From Takakia lepidozioides (lineage: Eukaryota; Plantae; Bryophyta), in assembly GCA_030704615.1 (NCBI GenBank), contig CM060731.1, positions 37,138,001-37,202,000 on the forward strand: a stretch of 64,000 nt of DNA, read 5' to 3'. A model generated the notes under the pieces. That model saw nothing but the letters and a program-made list of their open reading frames with translations. It was not told the origin of the DNA and did no database searches. The stretch's first letter is position 1. Each line of letters begins with the position of its first letter. Shown piece by piece: positions 40,351 through 53,700 of the stretch. The position numbers and the translations under genes are program-made.

Positions 40351-40889
40351 ATCCATTGCTTTGCAATTTTATGTAAAGGGGACAATTTAGAGATAAGTTC
40401 AAGAAAGTTTTTACAATGACAAAATGGTTTGTTATTTAGGACTTATGGACGTGCTCTGCCGGCACGTGTGACGCGCCAAGGGCGTCTCACGGTTTACCAG
40501 CCCCGTCGACAGCCCCAGGCGGAGGGCTCGTCTGCCCCCCGAGGCCAGTTTCCCCCCTCTTGTCCACATCTTGGATGTGCCAGGGGCCGGCTCAGCCAGC
40601 TCTCCTATTCAGGAGGTTTGATGTTCAGCCGGATGCTCAGTTGAGCACACCCCCGGCCACCAAGACAGGTGAAATGTACCTTGGCAAGCACATCACTCGT
40701 TCGGGGGCCCGGTATGGGCAACTTTTGGATGTCACCCCCATAGCGACCCCTTCCTCCGCAGCAAAGGCTGCACTTGCCAAGGCCCAACGCCAGGTTCAAG
40801 GGCCTTTGAAAGTGGTCATTGCTAGCCCAATGTTGTCGATGAGGGGAGGAGGAGACGAGGAGGGCCAATGAAGTGGCCAAGCCCGGGCA

Positions 40890-43278
40890 TGGGTTTGCGC
40901 GACGCTCTGGAGTCGTTTTTTTAAAAATATTTAATCAAAAAAATAAAAGACGTGGCGCAGGCAGGGTGGCAGGCTCCGCGACGCCATTGCGTTGCAGCTT
41001 GCGACCCCCGAACCAAAAAAAACACGTCACAGGAGGTGTCTTAATTTACGACGCCCGGCCATCGCGGCTTGCGACCCCCGCCCAAAAAACATGTCGCAAG
41101 GGGTGTCTTAATTTACGACGCCCGGCCGTCGCGGCTTGCGACCCCTGCCCAAAATACACGTCGCCAATTACGACGTCCTGTAGTCGCGAGACCAGCTTGG
41201 TGGGGGGGGGGGATTGGGGTTGATTTTGGGGGTGAGTTGGGGGTGGTTTTTGTTTTTTGCTTGGTTTTGTTTTTGGGGATGGGAGACCTTACAACTTCCA
41301 TTTCTCTAATCTAGCAGGTGCACAATTGAGCAAGCATGAATCGAGGGTGAGGACGGTGCGACACATGAATAAGATGGAAGATGGAAAAATGGAAATATAT
41401 TTATAGGAAATGAGCTGAAAAGCTCACAAAGGTTCAGTAGGCTGACCCTGGGACCTACATGGACTAGGACTAGTCATCCTCATCCTCATCCTCAGTGGAG
41501 GACTCAGAGCTATCCGATGAGCGTGATGACTCCGCGCCCTTTGCCAGAGCACCTAAAGGAGGCGGCGTTCCCCAAAGTCCCACAGAGCTCTCATCCAATC
41601 CCTGGCCATGACCCCCGACCTCATCCATACTAGCGCCCTGTAGTGCACTCATTCCCTCCGTGTTGGCCAAGTTTTTCATGAGGGATTGCCAAATATGCTC
41701 CTTGGCGTAGTTGTACTCTACTGGAGATGGCTTCCTCTCAAACGCGCATTGTTACACATGCCACAAATTAAAGTCAGTTCTTCATGATGATGGAGCCAGA
41801 AAGAAAACATAACAAAATCCATAGGGAAATACGACTTACAAATCGCAAGATAAAACCCTTGTATCCGCCAACGTCCCACTTGTGTGTGGATTCGTGCTTG
41901 TCAAGACGGACTGTTGTTGCTTCGCGTGCCCGCTCAAATTTGGCCTTGTTTGCCGCATCATTCTCTCCCGCAATGAGTGCATCCCACGATACCTACCCCC
42001 CCCAACAATTAGTGAATTACACACATACGTTGCATCGAATCCACCTCATTAATGCACATGCGACAAATGGAAGGTGAAATGATTCAGGATTTGCCAACCT
42101 GTGTAATTCCATTAGGTGGTTTGGGTATGGCCCCCTTTTCCATTGCCTCCCGAATGATCTATCTGGCACGGTACCTCTTGTCCTTCAAGTTTCGCCCCAC
42201 CATCTCCATCACCCCTGTGTCACTCCAATTGCCCGGAAACCGGCGGTCTAACTCACGGGCATACGCCCGCTTCGCGCCAAAGTGCTGATCAGCCCACTCA
42301 ATGTGCAAAGGGAACCACCTCATTGCGAGTTCGAAGGCTGGCTTCTTCATAGCCTCCCAGAACGCACTGCAGGGGTCACCATGGCGATTCTCCTCCACCG
42401 GTGGCACCACGATCTTTGCCAACTCCACGTCCTCTATCGCCAAGGCAATGTTCTTCTTCCCACCCTCTCCCTTCTTTGTAGCCTCCTTCCCTTGCTCCTT
42501 TGTTACCCCACTCCTCCCCCACATGCACTCTCACCCCTTCCTCTCCATGGGACTTCTTCTTCTTATTCTTCTTTTCCTTCCCCTTCTCCACCACCATCTC
42601 CTTCCCCTTCCCCACTACTTCCTCTCTCTCCTTCTCCCTCTCCCTTCTCTCTCTCTCCTCGGCAGCCCTTTCATTGATTGTAAAAGGGATCTCGGGAGGT
42701 TGAGGCCTCTTCTTCTTACCTTTGGTGTTCGGGTCCTTCATGAACACCATGTGCTCTCCCTCATTGGCAATTCCAACGGACTACACCAATGAGACCAGCC
42801 ATGTTGTTGTCTCCTGAAGACAAATAACCCCTCGAAATTTAAAAAAAAAACAAACAACATGCTGTTTTTTTTTGCCACGCCCAATAGTCGCTTGCAGCGA
42901 CGCATTGTTTGGCGTACCACCCGGCTTACGCCACGTGTTTTTGGGTTTTAGGATGGGACTCCCGGGCAGGTTAGGAAAAAAAAATGGATGCGACGCCGCG
43001 CCACCAATGTCGTCGGCTGGAGGGCAGCGACGGCGAGATGTCGCTCGCACGAGGCCCCTGCCATCGGCGCGGATGGCCCGAAAAATGACGTCCGGCAGTC
43101 GCGGGAGTTGGGGCGGGGGCTCACGACCCCCATACGTCACATTTTTGCGACGCCCATGCGACTGTCGGGTGACGGCCAGGCGTTGCAAATTTTGGCAACG
43201 GCCCGGGCCCGAAATGGTCGTTTTCCCGACGCAGCGGCGTGGTCCGGGCGTCGTGAAGGCCCCCCTTTTCTTGTAGTG
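40890..43278 (-). mobile_element. CACTA (En/Spm)-like element remnant with a spliced accessory ORF
   Basis: Minus strand begins CACTACAAGAAAAGGGG at 43278, followed by dense CGACGC subterminal repeats (42880-43260, also 40900-41190). Internal K/E-rich ORF pieces at 42776-42098, 41998-41839 and 41735-41470. The other terminus was not found. Confidence 0.65.
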
Positions 43279-43924
43279 CACGGCATTCTTCATTGCTGCT
43301 CTTTTCTTCTTTATAGCGGCTGTTTGCTCATTATAAATGGTCTCTGCTGGTCGTCTTTAAGATGTAAGAGTTAGAATTGACATTTAAAAAAGTTGACTCA
43401 TGAAAAATCCTAGGTGCATGTAAGAACCGTGAGCAAATAGAAACATACATCCTACCATTGTCACTACCACTTCCTCCACAATTGAGAACACGCTATGGTG
43501 GCATGTTTGTCCTCGCACTTTGAGTGCTTGCAACAATATTGTCGAGGTCAACTACATTTGGATTCTCACGAGACGCATTGTTTTGTAATTCCATGGTACT
43601 CTAGTACGGGAGACAGGGAGCGACGAGAAAAAGATCGAGCTAGGGGTGAACGAACAGATGAACTCGATGGTGAGAATGAGCAGATCACAACAAAGAAACT
43701 CCCTAACATTTCGGATTTCCAGGCGGTAGTCCCTGGAAATCCGACTTCCGCAGGGAAGCTTCACATACGCACCACGTCACATTTCTTTTCATTGTCTGTT
43801 CCTCCCGTGCGGTAGGTGAAGGGTATCAATTTGTGATGGGTGAGGGGTGTCCGTTTGTGATGCATCCACCAATCATCTAATCCTCCTAAAGGTACTAGAG
43901 GCCATAATTTGCTTAAATTCCACG

Positions 43925-44025
43925 CCCAACGGACGTGAGCAGAGTTCGGGCTTTCATGGAGTTGACAAACTACTATCGACGGTTTGTCAAGGGATTTAGT
44001 GTTATTGCAAAGGCTCTAACCAAGG
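43925..44025 (+). mobile_element. Short inverted fragment of the gypsy RT-RNase H connection
   Basis: Encodes DVSRVRAFM.LTNYYRRFVKGFSVIAKALTK, matching 52855-52950. Confidence 0.75.
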
Positions 44026-44469
44026 GTAGTTGCAAGGTAAGGTGGACCTAAAGCGGCGGATGCTTGTTTCCATGGAAGTCCATGACCGTCCATAAAATTG
44101 ACAATATTTCCCCAAATAATTTTAAAAGATGATAGACAATGGTTTATTTAACATTTTAAGTAAATGATCTTATCCCAAACATCAAAGGTAAGTTTTACTA
44201 TAAATTTTAGTATAAAATTTGAATAAGATTTGATATATCAAAAATTAGAATTTAGATTGATTTGTCCATATACCACCAAGCCATTGTAGATTATATTTTT
44301 ATATATTTTTACAATAAAGTATGACACTCCTGCAGAGGACTTCTTCTCTTTCCCCATAAGCTGGCACCTGTCATGCAAACCCACAAGTTGGCCTCATTAG
44401 GAAACAACCTCTACATTCCAGATCAAAAACAAAAAAAACCAAGCATGTCGGGGGCTGAGAGCAGCAAGT

Positions 44470-44610
44470 GCTCGGGGTCTCGAGAGGGGGCAACAAAGAG
44501 AAAATAAAAAGGTGTGGGGGAGTGACTGAGCAACAGCAGCAGCAGCTGCTGAGCACCACGGGCTCAGTCACTCCCCCCCCCCCCCCCCCCCCCCCCCATT
44601 TTTTTATTTT

Positions 44611-44641
<31 letters not shown>

Positions 44642-45245
44642 CCTCTCCCTCCCTCTGGAAACTGGGTTTATGGAATTGTTGTCCCGACTTCCATTTTTGA
44701 AAAAAAAAAAAAAAAAAATTTGAAAAATTGGGTTGTAGGGAATTTTAGATGTTTTTCATCCAGAATACATTTCTTTTTCCCTAGTGAAACATTTCTTCAC
44801 TAATACCTATGAGGTTTTGCTTCATCTGGACATCAACCCGGAATATACTGAGTGCAAAACTCCCGTCAGTACTTATTTTTTCAATCCAACCTGGATGAAA
44901 AAAAGACTTCATCTGACATGACCTAAATACGGGACAAGACGGGTATAGTGAATCTTCCCTCATCTCTAAGCCACCGCCATCGCCTTAAAGAGCCGCATAG
45001 GCGGCGCTCACAGGAGCCATAAACACTCATGGATTGGCAGCTCATGGTATCTGCAGCACGAGCACCATCGCTCTTTCCAAGCCGCCATCGCGCGCACTCT
45101 CGCAGCGCAAAAAGAAAGACATTAGGGTTGCGCAGGGTTTTCCTCTGTCTGGCTCGTCATTCATCCTTTTTAGGATGAAAAACATCCACCAGCATGTACG
45201 CCCGACGGACGTTGTCCGTTTCTCATTCGCGGAAGATGGAAAACA
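44470..45245. repeat. Repeat family with CATCC/GGATG motifs (matches 63400-64000, partly inverted)
   Basis: 44560-44940 matches 63440-63775 directly; 45095-45240 matches 63845-63995 in inverted orientation. Confidence 0.8.
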
Positions 45246-46927
45246 TCTTATGAAGTTTCCCTAGGAGCCCTCCTCTGGATCTTTGATGAATGGCGGCGTC
45301 TTGGTAGAACAAAGAAGTCTCTCTCTCCCTCCCTTTATAAACCCTACCTTTTGAGACCAAGCTATTTTTTCTTGTGCTTGGCAAGACTTTGCTTTGGTTA
45401 AGGTAGCAGTGTTGTGGTGTTGGCGGAGACCTCCCTGCACGGTTAGCTTGTGGAGAGATGGCGACTCTCCCCCAAACAGTACAAAAAAGGTTCTTTTTCT
45501 GTTTGTCTTGCTTCCCTGCTTTCTTTGGCATTCTCTGCGCTTAGATTCAAGTGTATTTGACCTCAATAGCAAGTGTGGAAGCCTGCTACTCACCTCGTGC
45601 ATCCTCACTAACTCACAATGCGTTGCGCAGGTGAGGGCTTCCACTTGATATACTGATGTCTAGCACAATAATGTGTTCATGTCAGTATTATTCATAACCC
45701 AAAGAGTATGCCACTGATGCTGATTGACCATCATTCATGATCATGATACACATTCAGAGGTCTGGGTGGGATGGCAGGTACTTGGCCATATTTTGGCCTT
45801 GATGTGGTGCAGGTCAAATGGTCATACAGACTTACTGTCAAGCTGGCAAGCTGTAATCCAAGCATACTTACTCAAACCCCATGGGTGTCATGGAGGGTTT
45901 TTAAAAAAAAAACTAAGCAAAAAGAGCACTTGGATATCACAGATTTTAAATACCTTGCCCTGCCAGTATTGGTTTAGACTGGTCTGCAGCACAACTTGCC
46001 CCCACAAGGGAGGTGGATATGTCTGGTAAGTTTTCCAGATTACCCCTATACCTTTATTTCTTGCTAGAGCTTAAAATCAAAGTTCATGACACAACAAGGT
46101 AAAGATAAAGGACTGCATACACATCCTGTGACAGTATATGATACTGTCAGTACACCTTTCACATCATTCCACATTTGACCATGTCATTACACCATGTCCA
46201 TGGGGTATTTCCACTTGACCACCCTGGCTGCCTCAAAAACCAGTTACCAATTATATATTGCTGCCATATTTCATTGTAAGCCGACTATCCACAGGCAGAA
46301 TCTTCACCATACCTTGGCCTAAGCATCTAGCTAACAAAGCCATCCGGGTTGGACCATAACAGGGGCCAACATGGGTACCGAAAGCTGCAACAAACAGTTC
46401 CTTGCAGCCTCTCAAATTGTTTCCAACTCCCATAAGGTAAGCAAAGCAAACTATGCCTGGAAAGCAGATGGTGTCTCTCACACAAGCCATCATAAACCCG
46501 GCTTGTCACAACAAAGCAGAGGTCGTCCACTGGCCAGGCCGAAAATAGCCCATCGTAGAAAGAAGCATTTACATTGTTCTTCATAAATAAATAAATAAAG
46601 GAAAGAGGTAGGATTAAGAAAAACCATAGAGTAGTTTAGTTTTTCAACATCTTAAGATGAGTCCATGGCAACCGATTCCTTCCCCAGCTCTGCAATCCCA
46701 CTTGGCATCCAGCAGCATGTAATTCTGGATTTTCTAAGCTTGATGATTGATGGATGGTGCCACTGTTAAGTGGCTGATATGTCTGATTATTCTTTCATGA
46801 CAACGACCCTAGGGGTCTTGTCTTTGTCTTGACATGACAAAAAGTATCTTCCCTCTCTTTTTGCTGCTCACAAAAATAAACAAACACCAAAGGAAAGAGG
46901 GTGCAGAAAAAATTAAAAAGATTGTAC

Positions 46928-47645
46928 TCATAAGACGTGCCGTAGCCTTGTGGCCATTGACCCCGCGCCAGTTTGAGCGGAAACAAAAAAGACAGAACCT
47001 ACCTCTGTCAGGGGCTGACATTGGTAGTAAGACTTGCCTTCATATATAGAATTAATCCGGGTTTTCCAGATATCCTTTAGAAATTCCTTCACACAAACAT
47101 CAATCTGTTGTGTGTGATTTGCCCAATAACTAGGCCTCAAGAGGGCCTGGGCTTTTGGCTCAGCCTCGAGACTTTCAAAGTTGGTAAACAGAGGTACAGG
47201 CACAATTCCCTTGATAGATTTGAAGAGAGAGTCTCTTTGGCGAGAGAACCCCGGACATTGTATCAAAAAATGAGTATTGTCTTCAAATTGCCCAGACAAC
47301 GGGTAATTGCACTCTCCCTTTCCTCTCTGCTTCTGTTTATTGTTCAAAGGTAGGCTTCATGCCCTGAGTTTAAGTTTCAGTCTAGTGCCGAGAGTGGGTA
47401 GACCCTTGAGGTCATCCAAGATGTCCTCCCCCATGTCACTAACTAGAAACAAGTTCAGGGAAGTTTTCTGCCTAACTTCATTTTCATCAGACAATCTCAT
47501 GGCAACACATGGCTTTGGACACTACACAGCCTCTAAGTCAGATTTATCAACCCATATTGCAGATCCGTACTCCAAGGCAGGTCTAATAATACGACAAAGC
47601 ATGGTTTTCTTAACCTCAGAGTTGATCCCTCTGCAGAAGAAGTTA
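46928..47645 (-). mobile_element. LINE ORF2 3' fragment
   Basis: LCRIIRPALEYGSAIW (post-RT thumb motif) near 47550-47600 and CNYPLSGQFEDNTHFLIQC (CCHC-like) near 47260-47310. Confidence 0.65.
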
Positions 47646-47939
47646 AAAAGAGAGAGGGAGAGGGAAGATACTATGTCATGTCAAGACATGGACAAGACCC
47701 ACAAGGGTCATTGTCAATTAAAGACATAAACAGCCCATAAACAGGGCACCATCTAACACTTCCATTCTTGTCATGACTTCCCAATTGATTTCACCCAATC
47801 ATTCATGATCAAACAGGGTGGGAGGGCGGGGTTTGTTTATGTACAGGTCATGACAACAAGACAAGCATATAAGCAAACATCTTGTGTACTGAAAAATCAG
47901 ATTGCTACAGCCTGTCATACCCTTTCCTGGCACCATAAT

Positions 47940-48385
47940 TACAACAAGACATGCATAAAACAAAACATCTTGGGTATGTGAAACTAGCCTGCAATATTAC
48001 ATATTCAAGACATGCCCTTCCAACAAACATCTTGGGTATGACAAAATAATTTGCAGCCTACCTTATCAGTATTACCCCAAGACATGCATCATGCAAGGCA
48101 TCTTGGGCAAGTAAGAACAGCCTGTCATATTACCGATTCAAGATATGTACACACAAGCATCTTGATGGACCAGCCTGCAGTTTATCAGATTCCAAGCATG
48201 CAACCAAGTAACCCTCTTGGGCATGACAAAGCATATTGCAGCCTCATTCTTTACCATTTGTCATTACCCCAAGACATGCATCATGCAAGGCTCCTCGGGT
48301 AGGTAAGAACAGCCTGCCATACGACAGATTCAAGACATGTATACACAAGCATCTTGATGGACCAGCCTGCAGTTTATTAGATTCA
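47940..48385 (+). repeat. ~185-195-bp tandem repeat array (continues at 49680-49781 and 61119-61540)
   Basis: Recurring unit ccccaagacatgcatcatgcaagg...gtaagaacagcctg...cagattcaag...catgcaaccaagta. Confidence 0.85.
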
Positions 48386-49010
48386 TTTTTCATCCGTGCA
48401 GGATGAGTAATCAACACCACATTTTTCGAAACCCGACGGATGTCATCCGTTAGTTAGGTTTAAACAGTAGGTTATAGGGTAGGGGTTAGGGTTTCACTCC
48501 TTGATTAACCATAATTAAGAGTAATTAATCATCAGTCCAAGGCCATCATAGGTTGTACATTTCATCCGGTTCGGATGAAAAAGTCATTGAGTTCATCAGT
48601 TGGAGAAAGTTCGTCAGTAGGATTGAAAAACAGTAAATAACATCCAAAGCATCGGTTTTACATCATAACATGTAATTCAACATCCCCAAAAGAATTTTTT
48701 TGTGCCTCATCCAATACGGAAAAAAAAACAATAAAAGAGGAATGAACGAATTAGTATCATGGTATTTTTCATCCGGTATGGATGGAAAAAATAGGATGCC
48801 AGTGGCAACCCCTACAGAGGTAATTCCTCATTCTCTGGTGACTCATCCGGTATGGGTGAAAGTCAATAAAAGAAGAATGAAAAAATCATAAACTCAGCTT
48901 AGAGGTAATTTAATGTCCACCCTGGTAGTTCATCCGGTATGGATGAAAAATTGTTATAGGGCGGGTGAAAAAACTGTCACAATCCATCCGGTATAGATGG
49001 AAAAACAGGA
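48384..49010 (+). repeat. Interspersed repeat, near-identical copy at ~62725-63345
   Basis: ttttcatccgtgca.gatgagtaatcaacaccac ... gtcacaatccatccgg is shared over ~620 bp. Confidence 0.9.
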
Positions 49011-49971
49011 AACTAACACTCCCTCTCTCTCTCTCCTCTCTTTTGTGCTCCTCACAAACCCTAGGGTGTCTCTTGACCCAAAATAACTATTGCCTTCTGG
49101 TAGAAAAGTGGATACCTTTGTGACACTAATCGGTGGAGTGAACCCATAACCACTTCCGAGGAGGTATGTGCCCATTACCACTGGGCTTGGTTGTCTCTGA
49201 TGCATGAACAACTACCACATAGGCGATCATATCTCTAAAAAACAACCCCCATCTCAAGAAATACTAATGCTCAACATATGTCTTGTTATATTGTATAGAA
49301 ACCATGTACTCCCAAAATATCTGATGCAGGTAATAATAATATGTGACGTCTCCCGAAAGAAGCGTAAATTATGGTAAAAACCACTGAGGGAAAGAGGGGG
49401 TAGAAAAAGTTAATAAGAGAGAGGTCGAGAGTGGGAAGATATTCATGTCATGTCAAGACATGGACAAGACCCTACTAGTGTCATTGTCAATTAAAGACAT
49501 AAACAACCCATAAACAGGGCACCATCTAACATTTCCATTCTAGTCATGACTTCCCAATTGATTTCACCCAATCATTCATGATAAAACAGGGTGGGAGGGC
49601 GGGGTTTGTTTATGTATAGGTCATGACAACAAGACAAGCATATAAGCAAATATCTTGTGTACTGAAAAATCAGATTGATGGACCATCTTGATGGACTAGC
49701 CTGCAATTTATCAGATTTCAAGCATGCAACCAAGTAATCTTCTTGGGCATGACAAAACATATTGCAACTCACTCTTTGCCATGTCGTGCGCATACATATC
49801 GCTACACAACTACATCGTTGTCCAAAAACCACACAACACATGTGCACACCACACACTAGTATACCACTAGTCTACCACTAGTCCAGCCACTAGTCCAACC
49901 ACTAGGCTACAACTAGTCAGTCACTAGGCTGCCACTACGCTGCCCACTATGGCAGTCACTAGTCCACACAA

Positions 49972-50477
49972 TGATAAAGAAGAAGAATACAAGCACAAGC
50001 TCATGCGAGCTCACAAAGCTGAAGCATAAACTCATGCATATATAACCTCATCACTCAAATACAAGTCAAGCCAAGTGCACCCCACGCCATGGGGAATCCA
50101 CACTACGGCGCCATAGCTAGGCGCGGTGAGGCTCAACTCGAGAAAGATGAGCCTCCCGCGCTTGCCGTGAAGATAACCACTCCAGGGCCTAAATCTGCCT
50201 TGACCCCTGGATTGACACTTGGGCCAATCCCAAATGTCAATATGTAAAAGCTAGCTATTTCCTAGCTAGTTTCACACTAGTGGTAAATAACTTGACAGCT
50301 GTCGTGCGCATACATATCGCTACACAACTACATCGCTGTCCAAAACCACACAACACATGTGCACACCACACACTAGTATATCTACCACTAGTCCCACTAG
50401 TCCAACCACTAGGCTACAACTAGTCAGTCACTAGGCTGCCACTACGCTGCCCACTATGGCAGTCACTAGTCCACACA
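49972..50477 (-). repeat. Complete LTR-like unit Y-GC-X (TG...CA, 506 bp); partial copies Y at 49782-49970 and X at 60792-61118
   Basis: Minus strand begins TGTGTGG just after a purine tract and ends TTATCA. 50300-50477 matches 49782-49970, and 49972-50297 matches 60792-61118 with about 5 differences. Confidence 0.9.
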
Positions 50478-50478
50478 A

Positions 50479-50488
50479 TCGCCCCCCT
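50479..50488 (-). promoter_or_regulatory. Polypurine-tract-like sequence
   Basis: AGGGGGGCGA lies 1 nt upstream of the TG that starts the complete LTR unit. Confidence 0.7.
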
Positions 50489-50744
50489 AGCTGGTGCTTA
50501 GGTCCCTCTAAGTCCAGGTAGCCACAAGATGTGATAGTGACCATAGCCTCACTAAGTCCTCCACCACTATCCCTACTACACTCAAACTCGATAGATCAAG
50601 AGGCCGGGTGCAAGAGTTGCCCCATCGTTAGTCGCCGTCTTGCAACCTGTGAACTTGAGCTTGGGATCTCATGTATTGACTCCTATGAGCTTGGCCTCCC
50701 ATGTCTTGTTAGCTGCCTCCAGTCATGTCCACTGCCACTATCCC

Positions 50745-50885
50745 AAGCAGTGTGGACACAACCAATCTCCGTCAGGAACCTTCTCAAGAGGGTGTCAAGC
50801 ATCCCATATGCCAACCCCTTGAGCATCGATCACACACCAGCATGGTGGCTGCCCCTTGGCAGACCCACAGAGCATGCACCTCAAA
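50745..50885 (-). CDS. PHD finger (C4HC3) at the integrase C-terminus (frameshifted)
   Basis: Reconstructed across small indels: CMLC...AATMLVCDRCSRGWHMGCLTP-LEKVPDGDWLCPHC. Confidence 0.85.
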
Positions 50886-50959
50886 CCTGCAGGTACCACT
50901 GCCAAGTTTTGGGTCAACTCTGCCATCGACATTGGGAAGGTGACATGGCGCACAATTAC

Positions 50960-52042
50960 GCACATGGTCCTTCCAAGTCATGCCATCCCGACCCTCCAAG
51001 ATCAGGACCCCTGAGGGCAACACCTCTCGAACCCTCAGAACACGCCCTGCAGTACATCCAGAGTCGTAGGAGCAGTCTGCTGCAAATAAACATAGTCACC
51101 AGGGCTAAACCTCCGAACCCCAGGACGATATCCTCCACCACGTATAGTGGCATACCTCAACGTATCACGGTGCTGTGCAATGGCAAGGTTCTCAAAAGCC
51201 ATGGGCATGACTTTCTTGAACAACTCTGCACGCTGATCACATGCACGTACCCACACGTCCGGATCGTCAAGGTTAAGGACTTGAGCAGTGTCCCTACGAA
51301 TGGCTGCAGGCAAATCCGGCTCTCGGCCAAAGAGAAGGAAATATGGTGAGAAGGAGGCAAGTGATGCTTGTTTGCTGAACCTGTAGCCCATGGCTAACCA
51401 AGGAACCTGAAGATCCCAATCTCCTAGGTGTCCCTTCTGCAAGCCATACTTGCGCAAACCCCTCTTCACCGTCTGAACAACTCTCTCTGCTAAGCCATCG
51501 GCCTCAGGATGATCCCGAGAAGTGGTGCGGTGGTCTATCAAGGCTTTATCACACAAAGCCTGAAACTCCCCCAAGAACTCTCTCCCTTGGTCCGTGAGTA
51601 CCTCAGCTGGAGCACCAAATCGGCTAAGCACACGATCCAAGAATGCATACGCAGCCCCCTCACTAGCCTTGTCAGGCAATGGAACCAACTCAATCCACTT
51701 GGAGAAGTGCTCCACCATCACCAACACATATCTGTGGTGGCGCATAGTCAGTGGCAACGGTCCTGCGAAGTCAAGACTCCACCTGTAGCCCAATCCCATG
51801 ATAGGTAAAGGATGCAACTGTGGTGTAGGGGCGTTGAATGAAGCACGCACCCTGTCACACACCATGCACCTAGCCACAAACTGTTGCACCTCTGTATGCA
51901 TACCACGCCACCAATACTGCCCCTGCAGTAAACTGTGAGTGCGTCGCACTCCAAAATGCCCCAACTCCTCATGGGCATGCCGCACTAACCGTGCACGCTG
52001 TGTGGGGTGAGGCACAATCCTCACCCGACCATCCTCCCACAC
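50960..52042 (-). CDS. Gypsy integrase (HHCC + DDE core + SH3-like tail)
   Basis: HEELGHFG...CMVC; WSLDFAGPL; VLTDQGREF; HPEADGLAERVVQ; FSPGDYVYL. Confidence 0.95.
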
Positions 52043-52049
52043 TCGAAGT

Positions 52050-53700
52050 AGGTGTATCCCCTCCCTTGAACCTCTTGGCTCGTTGCAGGATCCGATCCCT
52101 CTCCCTGGCAGTCACAATGGCTGCCGTGTCTCCCGTGCGGAGGTAGTCCAACACAGCCGAATCCTCATGTATATCTCTGGCACCACCTAGCTCATCACTA
52201 GCCTCAGGGTCCTCAGACACTCCGTCTACAGTCATCCCTGTTGTAGGTCCAATCTGACCTCCCGATGCCAAGATACACAAAAATGCAGATGCGTGCCATC
52301 CCGGCACCATCTCCTCGTCCGTCTCACCATGCCACCGAGCTCCAGTGTCATCCTGCTGGCTCATGCATGGATTGCGACTCAATCCATCCGCATCCCGATT
52401 GACCAAACCCGGTCGATGCACAACCTGAAAGTCATACTCCTGGAGTATAAGTGCCCACCGTGCAAGCTTCCCCGTAAGCTTGTCTGACTCCATCAACCAC
52501 TTGAGTGGCTGGTGATCCGTGACAAGGGTGAAAAGATTGCCGTATAGATAGCACCTGAAGTGTGCCACGGCCCACACTGCAGCTAAGCACTCTCCCTCAT
52601 ATGAGCTGTACTTAGCCTCTGCAGCGTTGTTCGAGCGGCTAGCGTAAGCCACTACGAACTCTCTTCCCTCATCATCCACCTGTGTGAGCACCGCTCCAAG
52701 CCCCAGCATGCTCCAATCCGTATGCAGCTGAAAGGGACGCCCCCTGATAGGTCGTCTCAAGATAGGCGCCGAGGTCAACCTCGCCTTGAGCTCTTGAAAA
52801 GCTCGTTCCTGCTCATCTTCCCACTGCCACTCCTGGTCCACCTTGGTCAGCTTGGTTAGAGCCTTTGCAATGGTACTAAATCCCTTGACAAACCGTCTAT
52901 AATAGTTTGCCAACCCCATGAAAGCTCGAACTCGGCTCACATCCGTGGGGCCCAATGGCCTCTACCTTAGTCTGCTGTACCCCCAATCCTCCAGGATATA
53001 TCATGTGACCCAGATACTCAATCTGGTTGTGGAAAAACTTGCACTTCCCCGGATGCAACTTCAATCCGTGCGCTCTCAAGCGCTCCAATACCACCTGAAG
53101 GTGTCTCTCATGCTCCTCCATCGTAACACTAAAGATGATGATGTCATCTATGTAGCACCGAGCAAAGTCCACCCCTGCTAGAATCCTATCCATGACTCTC
53201 TGAAACTCTGCAGGAGCATTCTTAAGCCCAAATGGTAAGAACCGCCACTGATATAGGCAATCCTTGCCGTGCTCATTGATCCCCCAGAATGCCGTCTTCT
53301 GCTTGTCCGCCTCCTTGATTGGCAACTGGTGATATCCGGATCGTAAATCCAAAGTGCTAAAGGCCTTAGCATGCCCGATGGCATCAAAGATCTCCTCTGG
53401 TGTTGGCATGGCATACTTATCGGACTTGGTCTGACGATTTACAGGCCGGTAATCACCGCACATACGTCTCTCCGTCCAATTGCCATAGACATCCTTCTTG
53501 GCTGGCATCACTGTGGCTGAAGCATACTCTCCACCAGAGAGCTCCACCAAACCTGCCTCCCAGAGATCTTGAGTCCTCATCTGAATCAAAGACCTCTCCA
53601 TGTCACTGTATCTATAGGGTCTCCGAAAGATTGGCGTGTCAGTGGCCAACTCAATACGGATCTCTTGACCCTTCAGTGCTCCCAAGTCCTTCAAACTGAA
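52050..53700 (-). CDS. Reverse transcriptase and RNase H (frameshift ~52950)
   Basis: RMCGDYR, LDLRSGYHQ, PFGLKNAPAEFQ, YIDDIII, YLGH; FMGLANYYRRF, LHTDWS, YEGECLA, VTDHQPL, ADGLSR. Confidence 0.95.

Noticed and set aside
47940-48385. CRISPR-like array
   Set aside because: Whole ~190-bp units repeat with no unique spacers; the context is eukaryotic and there are no cas genes.
49782-50297. Ordinary solo LTR adjacent to a second element
   Set aside because: Only the outermost ends share a TSD; the inner junction has just GC, and the PPT/PBS positions define the LTR as 50477-49972 instead.
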